Shown: positions 49,528 through 59,691 of the stretch, in pieces
Position numbering within the stretch: the stretch's first letter is position 1
Layout: each line of letters begins with the position of its first letter
IMG/VR virus record: IMGVR_UViG_2974506496_000001
Location: 160,001 to 224,000 of that record
Reading direction: 5' to 3' (one strand)
Origin: a virus
Lineage: Duplodnaviria > Caudoviricetes
Length of the DNA stretch: 64,000 nt
Made by a program: the position numbers and the translations under genes
The notes under the pieces: model-generated
The model's input: the letters and a program-made list of their open reading frames with translations, nothing else
Told to the model about the DNA's origin: nothing
Databases searched by the model: none

Positions 49528-50385
49528 ATGACAGATCCCCACCCCATTCTCGCCGCAGCCATCGGAGAGCCCCAGGATGACGATTGCTGGGATTTTCCGG
49601 GCGAGACTGTTGTTGGTCACGGCGACTTGATGTACACCAACATCCATAAGCCTCAGGCATTATGGAACGGTGTTATCCGGTCACTGCGAAAACGTTTCCT
49701 TACTGAACCATCAATTAACCAAAAGGATACTTGTATGACCGAGCAATACAAGCCATCGCCTGACACCGGCTACCAAAACCTTTTCTGTGAGCCCGATGTT
49801 CTCAACACAAACGACCGAATTTATCCCCGCAAGAGTCTGGTAGCCTTACTGGAGAAATTCCCCTCCGATAATTTTCGTGGAACACCCGCAGTTCGCTATC
49901 CTTTTATGCGCCGTCTGGCGGTGTTGTTTAAGATAGCGTTCTTACAGACCAGCCTTGACCAGAAAGCTTTATCCTTGAATACACGCCAGACCGGTAAACC
50001 ACGGATCACGCAACATTCATTAACTAGTATCTGTAATTTAATGCACCAGCTGCATTATGAGCTCAGAGAGCTTCAGTATCAGAACCCCAATCCGATTGAC
50101 CTGACCCGTTATGCAAGGCTGTTGAAGTGGGAAGCTGTAAAGACGGAAAAACCAGAGTGGCTTACATCCCTGGATGCAATTGAGTCACGCACCAAGTATA
50201 GCCGTCCGTTTGATGAAGATGTGGCGCATATGTACCTGAACCCCATAATGCCGATTCATAGACAAATTCAGGCGATGGAGCTTTTACCGGATTTGTTTGT
50301 GCCAACCAATCCTAAGTTCGGTAAAGCACTCACAGAACAACTCAACCGTGAAGCGCTGATTGCGCCACGCAAGCGCAGAGGTTAA
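49528..50385 (+). CDS. hypothetical protein
   Basis: AAGGA RBS; second internal RBS before MTEQYK. Confidence 0.65.
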   Translation: MTDPHPILAAAIGEPQDDDCWDFPGETVVGHGDLMYTNIHKPQALWNGVIRSLRKRFLTEPSINQKDTCMTEQYKPSPDTGYQNLFCEPDVLNTNDRIYPRKSLVALLEKFPSDNFRGTPAVRYPFMRRLAVLFKIAFLQTSLDQKALSLNTRQTGKPRITQHSLTSICNLMHQLHYELRELQYQNPNPIDLTRYARLLKWEAVKTEKPEWLTSLDAIESRTKYSRPFDEDVAHMYLNPIMPIHRQIQAMELLPDLFVPTNPKFGKALTEQLNREALIAPRKRRG

Positions 50386-50387
50386 TC

Positions 50388-51527
50388 ATGGCACTGGATC
50401 AAGAGTATTATGAAAAGGCATTGGGTGTCCTACTGACCAAAGGCTTCTCTAACCAAGAAGCTGACCAGATCGCCACCACGCTTTCGGTATATCTCCCGAT
50501 GCGTTTCATCAAAGCTGGTGTATGGGCACTCATGCCTTACGACCAGCATCCGGCTGATCCCCTGGCATTTAAACACATGCGGCTACTTGACCGTATCCCT
50601 GAGTTAAAGAAACCAGTGATCCTTCAAATGCCGACTGACTTTACTTACACCACGTATGGTCAGGAGTATTGCCCTGGTGCTGACTCGCCGGTATACACCA
50701 CAGGACCCGATGGCTATACACATCATCCGGTTGGTTGGGAAAGTGGCATTACTGGCATGCCAGGCGTAATGGGTCCGGCTGGGGATGACAATATTGAAGT
50801 CAGTGATCTGACCTGTGATCACCCCCAAAGCGATTTTAGACTATCGTTACCTGCCGAATCAATGGCTAGTCAGTTTACCGTTGTCATGCGGGTTGGTGGT
50901 AAGGCTATTAAAATGACGCTGGAAGAACTCATCCAGGAAATTGGAGGTTATGACAAACTTCCTGCTTCTGCACGTGCTGCGATTGATCGTGTCATGGAAG
51001 AGCATCGCAATGCCCCTGTAACTACTGTATCTGTGCGTACACCCTTACCAGGCGGAGTATCTCAGGATCAAGCTGACTATCTGAAACTGGGCGACCTCAG
51101 CGACATCGAAGGGATCAAACGGGCTTACCCGATCATCGACGAGAAAACAGCTGAACGGATGTCTAAGTTGCATTGTCAGCTTAATCAGCATATCGCGCGG
51201 GTTCATCGTGAGCCGAGAGACGTTGAGGTATTTGATCTGCTTGCGGGCGATCACTCTCAGCGGATATTCCAATCTCGTCATGCTAAACGTCAGTACCCAA
51301 ACAGTTTGTTTGAGAAGTTCCTGCCGGATCAAGCAGACATCGATGAACCCGAGGGCATGACTGTTAAAATCAAAACTCACAGCATACGTCACTTCGGTCA
51401 CGGTCTTGAAATTAGCACGCCGTTGTTTGGTCAATCCCACAAAAACCCTACGGGACCACAAACCATGCCGGGGCTTGAGAAAGGCCGTGATGGTAAACGT
51501 AAACGTAATAAGAAGGGCAGACGATGA
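50388..51527 (+). CDS. hypothetical protein with short Gly-X-Y run and basic tail
   Basis: GITGMPGVMGPAG; KRKRNKKGRR. Confidence 0.7.
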   Translation: MALDQEYYEKALGVLLTKGFSNQEADQIATTLSVYLPMRFIKAGVWALMPYDQHPADPLAFKHMRLLDRIPELKKPVILQMPTDFTYTTYGQEYCPGADSPVYTTGPDGYTHHPVGWESGITGMPGVMGPAGDDNIEVSDLTCDHPQSDFRLSLPAESMASQFTVVMRVGGKAIKMTLEELIQEIGGYDKLPASARAAIDRVMEEHRNAPVTTVSVRTPLPGGVSQDQADYLKLGDLSDIEGIKRAYPIIDEKTAERMSKLHCQLNQHIARVHREPRDVEVFDLLAGDHSQRIFQSRHAKRQYPNSLFEKFLPDQADIDEPEGMTVKIKTHSIRHFGHGLEISTPLFGQSHKNPTGPQTMPGLEKGRDGKRKRNKKGRR

Positions 51528-52297
51528 TCGATCGCAGTTTTGAAGGTGGCTGGGAGTCTATACTGCAATGGCATGGGTTTGCTGATCGTGCTAAACAGGG
51601 GCTGTCTGAGCACTTTGTTATCGTGGATTACGGAACCCTGGCAGAGGCCGCCGCTTTTGAGCAATTGACAGCGCTGGCGGAGAAAGTGAAGTATGTCTCA
51701 GTCGAGCGAGTTAAAGCCGTTGACTTTACCCCGACGCTTGTACGTACGCTACATGAACGTGAACATGGCTGGCATTACTGTCATGTCATGGGGCGATGTG
51801 GTTACGGCGGCCACGGGATAATGATCGGTGCTAATGGCGGCTGGACAGGCGCGCACGGCGGTGCAGGTGATGCAGGCCCGCCCTCAACACCTGATGATGG
51901 CTCGATACTATACCAGACAGATTACAGTAGTCTCGGTATCCAGGACCGAGGATTTACTACACTGCAAGACATGATGGAAAACGCCAGCCCTTACGATTAC
52001 CCTCGGGAGATTCGTATAGTAGGGGATCGGCATGACCCGGATGTCAAAGCGTTAACGCAGGCAGTGATAAAGCTTGTTGGGCGTCGAGCTATCAAAGTAG
52101 TTAACATACCGCATGCCGACATGATGTATAGACCCGGCCCGCACCGAACGTATAACCTCGCGCCGGAGAAATACCGGGAGCGATTTGACATTGCTTATAA
52201 ACAAGCATTAGAAAATCTCAACAAGGCGGCCATCCTGCCGTATGCCCGTGGACCATTGCAGTCTGTTCTGGCATCAAAGCGCAAGAAACACTTTTAA
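51524..52297 (+). CDS. hypothetical protein with Gly-rich segment
   Basis: ATGA overlap. Confidence 0.65.
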   Translation: MIDRSFEGGWESILQWHGFADRAKQGLSEHFVIVDYGTLAEAAAFEQLTALAEKVKYVSVERVKAVDFTPTLVRTLHEREHGWHYCHVMGRCGYGGHGIMIGANGGWTGAHGGAGDAGPPSTPDDGSILYQTDYSSLGIQDRGFTTLQDMMENASPYDYPREIRIVGDRHDPDVKALTQAVIKLVGRRAIKVVNIPHADMMYRPGPHRTYNLAPEKYRERFDIAYKQALENLNKAAILPYARGPLQSVLASKRKKHF

Positions 52298-52324
52298 TCA
52301 GTTCCCCTCAACAGGAGAGTAACC

Positions 52325-52630
52325 ATGTGTAACATGCGATCGGATTGGTTTGTAGAAGACGAACCGTCCATGAAGGAAAGTGATCCGCATTTCGACAATA
52401 AAGCAATGGATGGCTTGATGGCAAAGATCCGTGACTTTGTTAAAGAGAGTGATGCGGCGACCTATGTCCCGCAAGCCCTGTTTGGCGAAGCCGGTAAAGT
52501 TAACCTGTCCAAAGTGGCAGCAGTAACCCGTCCGGTCGATCACCTCATTACCCTGAACCCAGTGGCCAATGACGGTGATGTGTATCTGGACTTCGCGCGA
52601 GGGAAGCGGCGTGGATACAAACCCCACTGA
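52325..52630 (+). CDS. hypothetical protein
   Basis: AGGAG RBS. Confidence 0.6.
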   Translation: MCNMRSDWFVEDEPSMKESDPHFDNKAMDGLMAKIRDFVKESDAATYVPQALFGEAGKVNLSKVAAVTRPVDHLITLNPVANDGDVYLDFARGKRRGYKPH

Positions 52631-52879
52631 AGTTAACATCGAGCAGGCCAATCGTTATGAGGGGTCTACCGATGATTTGGTCCAGCAAGCTAATGATCGT
52701 GGTTTTCTCCAGGGGATTCGTATCACTTCTGGCGAGGACATCGATCCAAGCATTTGGACACCTGAGAAGATCGAAAAGTTGAAAGCTGCACTTCGACATA
52801 TTCGTGACTCAGAACAACGCATCAAAGGTAGCCAGGGGTAACACCCTGGCTTTATGCCGGTTTAACGAGGACGTGTAAC

Positions 52880-53335
52880 ATGGAATCGAGCGGTTTGATT
52901 ACGCTGGCAATGGTCTTTTTAACCTTCGTCATTGGGTTATGTTGTTGGCTGACGCGTTTCATACGCTATCACACCAACCGCTACACCGTTGACACCAAGA
53001 AGGCGTTAAAGCAATTTGCCTGTAAGCTTGAAAGAGTACTGGATGTCCCGCAGCCGTATTCGCTGGCACAAAGCGAAATGACAAGGCTGGATAATGAACT
53101 GAACGCTTCTCTCTTCCTCTTTGAAGAGATCACAGGGAAGATCCACGATGAAACCAGTCGACTGTACCTGGAGTCAAGTTTCATGGTGGTGCGCGGCACT
53201 CAACACGATACCCCGATTCGTATCTGTGTGGCGAACACAATCTTCAGCCTGTCAACGACTAACCACAATCACCACAGCGTCATGAAGGTCATCAACGACT
53301 TTAATAACCGCTTGGCTAAAATTGTAGAAAGTTAA
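52880..53335 (+). CDS. membrane-anchored hypothetical protein
   Basis: N-terminal hydrophobic helix; GAGGA RBS. Confidence 0.65.
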   Translation: MESSGLITLAMVFLTFVIGLCCWLTRFIRYHTNRYTVDTKKALKQFACKLERVLDVPQPYSLAQSEMTRLDNELNASLFLFEEITGKIHDETSRLYLESSFMVVRGTQHDTPIRICVANTIFSLSTTNHNHHSVMKVINDFNNRLAKIVES

Positions 53336-53398
53336 GCACAGAAAAACTCAGACCTATATCACGCCCGTGATAGACCCCTCAACCCCCATTAATCTTAA

Positions 53399-53851
53399 GT
53401 GAGTTCAATCATGAAATACGTTTACACTATTATCGCTGTTCTTGGTTTCTCTTTTGCGTCTGTTGCAGTTGCTGCAGATCAAACCAAAGTGGTGAAAGGT
53501 TGGTACGCCGAATACAACACGGCTTCGGTCCTGTATTCTGCTGGGCCAAAGAAAGGACAAGAATTGACCATGGAATGTGTATTAGGTGGTTGGACGTTTG
53601 CGTATGCAGACAAGATGGGCGAGGAAGTAAACTCGGTCGATGATGACATGACAATCCTGGTCGACGGTGCAGCGTTTGCTGTGCCGAAGACTCAGGGTCA
53701 GCGTGAGAAGTTATACGCCGCCATTCAGCACGCTAAGAGTGGTATTCAATACAAGACCCACGCCTATGGTGTGTCGGTAGTATTCCCAGTGGATGGCTTG
53801 GCCGAGATGTTTCGTGACCTGCCGTTTGAAGTCAGCCCGTGCATGAGCTAA
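53399..53851 (+). CDS. exported protein with Sec signal peptide (start likely 53411)
   Basis: MKYVYTIIAVLGFSFASVAVAA; early promoter motif at ~53341. Confidence 0.65.
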   Translation: MSSIMKYVYTIIAVLGFSFASVAVAADQTKVVKGWYAEYNTASVLYSAGPKKGQELTMECVLGGWTFAYADKMGEEVNSVDDDMTILVDGAAFAVPKTQGQREKLYAAIQHAKSGIQYKTHAYGVSVVFPVDGLAEMFRDLPFEVSPCMS

Positions 53852-53864
53852 AAGGAAAACAATT

Positions 53865-54566
53865 GTGATGACCCCTACCAAACAAATTAAACGCAGCTAC
53901 CGTCTGATCAAAGTGACTGCCGATGTAACACGGGATAACTGGGTCGGGAAAGACATCGACTTCATTGTTCAGCCCAATAAAGACATGATCGACGACACCA
54001 CACGTGGTGGACCTAATCGCCTGCTCGCGACATACATCGTGCTGGGTAACCGTATTCCTGTAACCGTTAACAGCCATGCGGCCATTACCCGGGAAGAAGG
54101 CTTGCAGGATCTGCAGGTCAGTATTGTCGATGGTCAGTCAAAATACATTGACATCAGTAATGTGCGTTACGTCGTGTCGTGTGAGTTAGAAGAGCACTTC
54201 ACCTGCACCCCACCAAAAGAACCTTCGCTACTTGATCAGCTGGTTGGCGGACCAATGGGTGACCCAACCCATATGTTCATTATCGATGAAAACTATAACG
54301 TCTTTGTCGGCACAGCGAACGATTCACAGGAAGATTATACCTTGGCTGGTCGTCTGATCAGTAACCTCGGTTCTCATGATGCTGAAGCTAATGATTTGGA
54401 GATTATCGGCAGTTATCCTGATGACCAAGGTGACCACTACTACGTCTCCATTGACTGGAACAAGTCATTCATTTCCGGGATTTCCAACAACGAGAAATGC
54501 GAATGGTTTAACCAACTCGATGCACTGGTAGCAATGTTGCTGGAAAAGATTAAAGTTACAGTGTAA
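53865..54566 (+). CDS. hypothetical protein
   Basis: AAGGA RBS. Confidence 0.7.
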   Translation: MMTPTKQIKRSYRLIKVTADVTRDNWVGKDIDFIVQPNKDMIDDTTRGGPNRLLATYIVLGNRIPVTVNSHAAITREEGLQDLQVSIVDGQSKYIDISNVRYVVSCELEEHFTCTPPKEPSLLDQLVGGPMGDPTHMFIIDENYNVFVGTANDSQEDYTLAGRLISNLGSHDAEANDLEIIGSYPDDQGDHYYVSIDWNKSFISGISNNEKCEWFNQLDALVAMLLEKIKVTV

Positions 54567-54678
54567 GTAATATCAGGCAGGGGGAATACTCTCTGCCTTT
54601 ATTTTTTGTGGTATTCTGCCACAGAAAACTACTGGCCATACTACCAGTGGTATTCACTCAATAGACTGCGAGGAATAA

Positions 54679-55239
54679 ATGATGTTTGATAAAATTGAAG
54701 GATTGGCTGATGTGATCGAGCTGAAGTACGGCTTGCTTGATATCACCTATCACCGCGGTAACGACAAAGACCTCTATGTCGATGTCTTTTATAAAGACAC
54801 ACGCTTGTCAAGCCGGCGTGACCTGACCGATGCCCTGGACTACGCTTATATCGGTGTGCGGTTGTGTAACCCTCAGTTCGGTGCCTGGTGTTATGGTGCT
54901 GAGCGTGAGTTGGTCATGTCGCATTTAATGGACGCATTGAGAATGGTGGGTAAGCCTGCACCCAGGGCGGTTGAAGACTCACGGTTAAAGACAGGGATTC
55001 ATCGTACCATTCAGCTGCTTACCGAGAACGGTAACCTGCATCCGAAAGAGGATGATATCCGCATCACGATCCATCGCGCGGCACGAGTGGACTACGGTTC
55101 AACAGATACCATCGAAACAACCATCAGCATGACCAACCACGATATTACTATTAGTAAGCGACGGATTGAGTGTGTCAGTGGTGAGATGCGGGATTTACAA
55201 GCATGGGCGCGTAAGTTATATGCGAGACACTTTGAATAA
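54679..55239 (+). CDS. hypothetical protein
   Basis: GAGGA RBS. Confidence 0.7.
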   Translation: MMFDKIEGLADVIELKYGLLDITYHRGNDKDLYVDVFYKDTRLSSRRDLTDALDYAYIGVRLCNPQFGAWCYGAERELVMSHLMDALRMVGKPAPRAVEDSRLKTGIHRTIQLLTENGNLHPKEDDIRITIHRAARVDYGSTDTIETTISMTNHDITISKRRIECVSGEMRDLQAWARKLYARHFE

Positions 55240-55249
55240 CGAGGTAGCT

Positions 55250-55651
55250 ATGGGTAGTGCGTACTGTAAGGTTGTGGCAATCCACAGCATCTATGTACAC
55301 AGTGCAGCGATGGAAGCGGTATCCGCTAAATACAGGAGCTGTTTTCGTTTGGCGTATAACTTCGTGAATGCTACGCAGTTAGCCCAACAGCTACGGCTTG
55401 CCGTGAAGAACAGCGAAATCCTGATTGTCGATACCAGTGACTTTACTCGCCGGGCACTTAACAATCTTAATGAGCAGTTCTACTGCATCTATCCGGGTGA
55501 GGAACAACATTCCGATATGTCAGTCAAGCATCAGCGTAACTGTCGCATGACGCCTGACTGTATTCATATCGAAATTCAAAACCTCAGCGACTTTGAGCGC
55601 TTAAACTGGGAAGTTCGACCCGATGCAGGGTTAAGGATATCACGCCGTTAG
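55250..55651 (+). CDS. hypothetical protein
   Basis: GAGG RBS before ATG 55250. Confidence 0.6.
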   Translation: MGSAYCKVVAIHSIYVHSAAMEAVSAKYRSCFRLAYNFVNATQLAQQLRLAVKNSEILIVDTSDFTRRALNNLNEQFYCIYPGEEQHSDMSVKHQRNCRMTPDCIHIEIQNLSDFERLNWEVRPDAGLRISRR

Positions 55652-55716
55652 AACGGCATATAGGCCCTCCGTAATGGAGGGCCTTTTATGACATCTTTTT
55701 TTTTTGGTTTACAGCG

Positions 55717-56163
55717 TTATACCAGGCGCTGAGTTAACTGCGAACTATATTGAATAGCGTGATAGGTCGCAGGTTTCTCAAGCTGCTCGGTGCAGCGGTA
55801 GACCGGGGTCTTCATAAAAGGGCAACCGGCATTCATTAATGCCTCACGGTTGCTGGGCGACTCATCCACGCGAATCACCACATCCGTGGACTGGAAGCCA
55901 AAGACTTCCCGCTTCGTTGCAGTATATTCTGCATCCAGCACCACGATCTTACGGTTGATCACCAGCTTCACGGCCACCGGGTATTTGATTACCAGGTCTG
56001 ACCCTAAGCCCGCCAAGACAAACTTAATGACAAACTTCTTAAGTCCATTTAGCAACTGACTCTCACTGGCCCAACTTTTAACAATCTGCAGCATGTGTGT
56101 ATTTCCACTCATATAAGGGGAAGTTAAGAAAAGCAACCTGAGGGCCCGTCCGTGATCCCTCAT
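55717..56163 (-). CDS. hypothetical protein (start may be 56112)
   Basis: Last gene of the reverse operon, ends at a bidirectional terminator. Confidence 0.55.
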   Translation of the reverse strand: MRDHGRALRLLFLTSPYMSGNTHMLQIVKSWASESQLLNGLKKFVIKFVLAGLGSDLVIKYPVAVKLVINRKIVVLDAEYTATKREVFGFQSTDVVIRVDESPSNREALMNAGCPFMKTPVYRCTEQLEKPATYHAIQYSSQLTQRLV

Positions 56164-56169
56164 AATGTA

Positions 56170-56724
56170 TTACTTCATACCGTCCAACTGCTTTTGAAGT
56201 TCCTTTAACTGACGGCTTGCATCCGGCGTCTCGGCGTCATGATCTCTGATCGCTTCAATAAACGACTTCCGTTTGCAATAAGGATACTTCATCCATTTAT
56301 CAAATGACAAACCAAATTTGCCCAAGATATCCGCACGCAGATATTCGAGCTCATACTTTCGATACCCAACTAACGCCAGCGAGTCTTCCTGCTCGACCTG
56401 TAAGATTAACGAGAGCGGCGAGGTTTCCACGTTATGGTCAATAATCCCAAACGTGTCATCGTAAAGCTCTGTTAATCGAATTAGTGGATACTCCCAGTTC
56501 TCGGTAAGAAACGTGGGGTTTTCTAACGCGACATCCCAGGCATCGGACCGATCACTTTCGGACAGACCGAAATCCCAATGGATTAGATGTCGGCTTGATC
56601 GAACGTCTGATTCAGTGTATTCGTCATTAGGGTAAAAAAAACCCGTGCTACGTTCAGCGGGGTGTATGCCGGGAAGGTGTTGCTCACCAGCGGTTGACGC
56701 GCCTGGCAGTTCGGGCATTTCCAA
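56170..56724 (-). CDS. conserved hypothetical protein (true start probably nearer 56600)
   Basis: reverse operon. Confidence 0.55.
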   Translation of the reverse strand: MEMPELPGASTAGEQHLPGIHPAERSTGFFYPNDEYTESDVRSSRHLIHWDFGLSESDRSDAWDVALENPTFLTENWEYPLIRLTELYDDTFGIIDHNVETSPLSLILQVEQEDSLALVGYRKYELEYLRADILGKFGLSFDKWMKYPYCKRKSFIEAIRDHDAETPDASRQLKELQKQLDGMK

Positions 56725-58202
56725 CGCGGTACTGCGACCACACCGACCGTTACCCGGTTGATGAACTTGTTCAGCTCTTCAAAGAACGGTTTACGCATAT
56801 CCGGGGTTGCACTGAATTGCTTCAGCAGCAAGGCCACGTCATCGGCCGACTCAACATAGTTGCCATCGTTGAACTCGATCTTGGTCACCCAGTGGGCGTA
56901 ACCACGCATGGAGGACAGCGCTGCCTGTTTGTTGATGTGTTGCTCACGCTGCTCACGCGTCATGCTGTCGTTGAAGCTGTCGGTGATCGCTTGTTGAATG
57001 CCGTTGATCCAGGCATAACCCGCTGCATTCTTATCTTCGAGTGATGGCACCCGCAGATAGAACTTCACATCTTTCACAGTGATGACATTGTCTTTCATCA
57101 CTTCAAAGCCGGTCTGATAGGCAACGACCTGCTCGACGGTACGGCCGCTGAAGTGAGACATGTGCGCACGCTGGGTTGGTGACAGACGATTGTTGTCAAT
57201 GATCGACAGACGAGAGACGTTAACTTTCGCTGCTTCAACATGCACACACTTCTTCGGATCGGCGGCACAGGCAGTGACCATGTGGTAGCCAGACTTAAAG
57301 CGTGCGCCCAGGTAGGCGTTAGCGATCAGATCGAGATCCTGCTCTTTGATTAACGGCAGCAGGGTTTTCTTATCGGAGACGCCGATGCTGCTGTCAGTGA
57401 CCATACCCAGCAGGAAGTCAGTCATGTGCTTACGCACCACGACATCCAGGTTGTTAAACACCAGACCGTTGGTACGACGACCGAGGATCGCTTTCTCAGC
57501 CATGATGGCGGTTTGCATATCCACAAACTCATCATCACCGGCAATCAGCAACGTAACCCAGATACCAGAATGTGGCAGCGGCAGATGGACATAGTCACCC
57601 ATGTTCATCACGCCACGAGCACGCATCACTGCCTGTGGACCGGTCAGCAGTTTAGTGCCTTCGGTACTGCGCTTCACTGGCGGGCGAGAAACACCCTGCA
57701 CTTTGTTATTGTCGAGCAGAATACCCTGCAGCCACTGCGCACCATCTTGACGAATGGTCAGGTTCAGACCAGAACGGTACGACAGGTTGGTGATGGCGTT
57801 ACTGGCCAGGGATAGCCAGATCATCGCTTTATCAGCACCGTACAGACTGACGATCTCTTTTAAGATCTTCTTGTCTTCGGTGTTGGTGTCGATCTCGTTG
57901 ATCAGCGCCGTCGCTGCATCGTAATCCTGATGCATGATAGACAGCACACCTTCCGTGCCGACATCCTCCATGGAGTTCAGCTTTTCAATGATCGGGTTCT
58001 GATAGAGCGGATCGAACGCCTGCTCAACGGCTTCAACTTCAGGTGCTTCAGCTTCGCCCTGTTGGCTGGTTTCTGCTGGCTCGGGATCGGTGCCAATAGT
58101 ACCAGTAGTCGCCGGACGGCCTGGATCAACTTCAGGAATACCAGAGTGGTTTTCTTCAACAGGATCTTGCTGTGACAGAATGGATGGGTTATCACCGGAC
58201 AT
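56583..58202 (-). CDS. conserved chimallivirus protein (phiKZ gp77-like by synteny) with C-terminal CPNC
   Basis: 539 aa, acidic N-terminus, LPHSGIWV motif. Confidence 0.6.
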   Translation of the reverse strand: MSGDNPSILSQQDPVEENHSGIPEVDPGRPATTGTIGTDPEPAETSQQGEAEAPEVEAVEQAFDPLYQNPIIEKLNSMEDVGTEGVLSIMHQDYDAATALINEIDTNTEDKKILKEIVSLYGADKAMIWLSLASNAITNLSYRSGLNLTIRQDGAQWLQGILLDNNKVQGVSRPPVKRSTEGTKLLTGPQAVMRARGVMNMGDYVHLPLPHSGIWVTLLIAGDDEFVDMQTAIMAEKAILGRRTNGLVFNNLDVVVRKHMTDFLLGMVTDSSIGVSDKKTLLPLIKEQDLDLIANAYLGARFKSGYHMVTACAADPKKCVHVEAAKVNVSRLSIIDNNRLSPTQRAHMSHFSGRTVEQVVAYQTGFEVMKDNVITVKDVKFYLRVPSLEDKNAAGYAWINGIQQAITDSFNDSMTREQREQHINKQAALSSMRGYAHWVTKIEFNDGNYVESADDVALLLKQFSATPDMRKPFFEELNKFINRVTVGVVAVPRWKCPNCQARQPLVSNTFPAYTPLNVARVFFTLMTNTLNQTFDQADI

Positions 58203-58219
58203 TATGCTTATCCTTACCT

Positions 58220-58687
58220 TTACTTTTTAGTGGGGTCGACCTGAACCGGGTCATTGAGTTTGCTTGCTGCGCCAGCGGCAACCGCGTTAGCATGGGCACT
58301 GTCTGACATGGTCAGAATGGCAGCACCGTGACGCTGCATCGCATCCAGCAATTTACTCTGCAGGACGATGTATTGTTCGTGCACACTGAGGAAGTCAGCG
58401 ATGGTGCTGTCATGCAAGGCATAACCGGTTTTGCCTTGATGCTGCTGCTTGATCATCGGCAGTGTTTCATCGATCTCTTTGACTACAGCCAGCGCCGCTT
58501 CGATGTGCGAGCTTAACGCAGAGGGGTTTGGCTGAAAGCGAATGATGTTGGTGTTGACGGCCATGAGACAAGTATTGCTCAGCTCATTGCGCAAATTAAT
58601 CGTATAAGTTGCCGCAGAATCCAGGTACTCCCAGAACTGATCGGGCTGATGGACCTCTGGTGCGAGAGGCGGTTCATTGGTTGACAT
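58220..58687 (-). CDS. hypothetical helical protein
   Basis: AAGGA RBS on the minus strand. Confidence 0.65.
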   Translation of the reverse strand: MSTNEPPLAPEVHQPDQFWEYLDSAATYTINLRNELSNTCLMAVNTNIIRFQPNPSALSSHIEAALAVVKEIDETLPMIKQQHQGKTGYALHDSTIADFLSVHEQYIVLQSKLLDAMQRHGAAILTMSDSAHANAVAAGAASKLNDPVQVDPTKK

Positions 58688-58779
58688 AACGGGTCCTTGA
58701 GGTGATTTATCTTGTGGCTTACATATATTGACACTACTAATGTCAACAATTACAACGTTTATACGGAAAAGGCACGGTC

Positions 58780-59691
58780 ATGAGTGATTTTACTGACTTA
58801 ACGAAATTGAAGACCGAATTACCACAAAACATCCAAAAGATTGATGAGCAGGATGATGTGGGTGACTTCAGCGATCTTAACGACTACCTCATGACCATCA
58901 TTCCGGATGAACGGCGTGAGCGCTTGATCGCGATCTGTCAAAACTTGAGCACCCTGCAGTATCATCAAGTCCAGCCCGATGTGGATCGGTTACTAATGAT
59001 GGCCAACGACGGTGAAGCGCCTTCGGTGCTCGATGACTTGACCCGGTTGTTATTTGAACACGCTTATGACTTAACGAAAAACATGGGCTTTAACTGGGCT
59101 GATGAGATTGAGTTTGATCAGCTGTTCCTGCTCGGTGATGTAATCGAAGGTGCCATGTTGATTGATGGCATGGAAGACTACGGCGACCTCTCAGCGATCC
59201 TGGATGGGGATGACTCAGTTGAAGAGAAGGTGGTGGATATCTGGGGTCTGGTGCTCGACAAAGACATGCACCATCTGTTTGAACAGATCCAGTCCATCGA
59301 ACCGGCGGTGATCAGCGGGATCAAGCAAGTCACGACCCGACCGTATGCCGAAGACGATTATGCAGATGTGCAACGTCCACTTGAGTTTGTGGTTGAGCGG
59401 TTGGTGAAAGTCCGTGAAATGATGAAGACCGATGGCATTGCTTACCAGCACGTGGCCAAGGGTGGCGCCTTAGGCGTTGAGCTCGATTCACTGATCACGC
59501 TCTACACCCCTGAGCTGAATGCCGTGACCGACCCGATCGAACTGACCGACCTGCTGGTTGCCTTTACCCTGATCAGCAACACCCCAGATGGTTTGGTGAA
59601 ATCCACCGCATCCCGGCTGGCAGAAAAATGGATTGATGATATCGAAGTCATCAATGTGGTAGGTAAACATATCGACAGGTATCCCGTGTGA
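58780..59691 (+). CDS. conserved acidic protein (phiKZ gp79-like by synteny)
   Basis: 303 aa directly upstream of the vRNAP subunit. Confidence 0.6.
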   Translation: MSDFTDLTKLKTELPQNIQKIDEQDDVGDFSDLNDYLMTIIPDERRERLIAICQNLSTLQYHQVQPDVDRLLMMANDGEAPSVLDDLTRLLFEHAYDLTKNMGFNWADEIEFDQLFLLGDVIEGAMLIDGMEDYGDLSAILDGDDSVEEKVVDIWGLVLDKDMHHLFEQIQSIEPAVISGIKQVTTRPYAEDDYADVQRPLEFVVERLVKVREMMKTDGIAYQHVAKGGALGVELDSLITLYTPELNAVTDPIELTDLLVAFTLISNTPDGLVKSTASRLAEKWIDDIEVINVVGKHIDRYPV

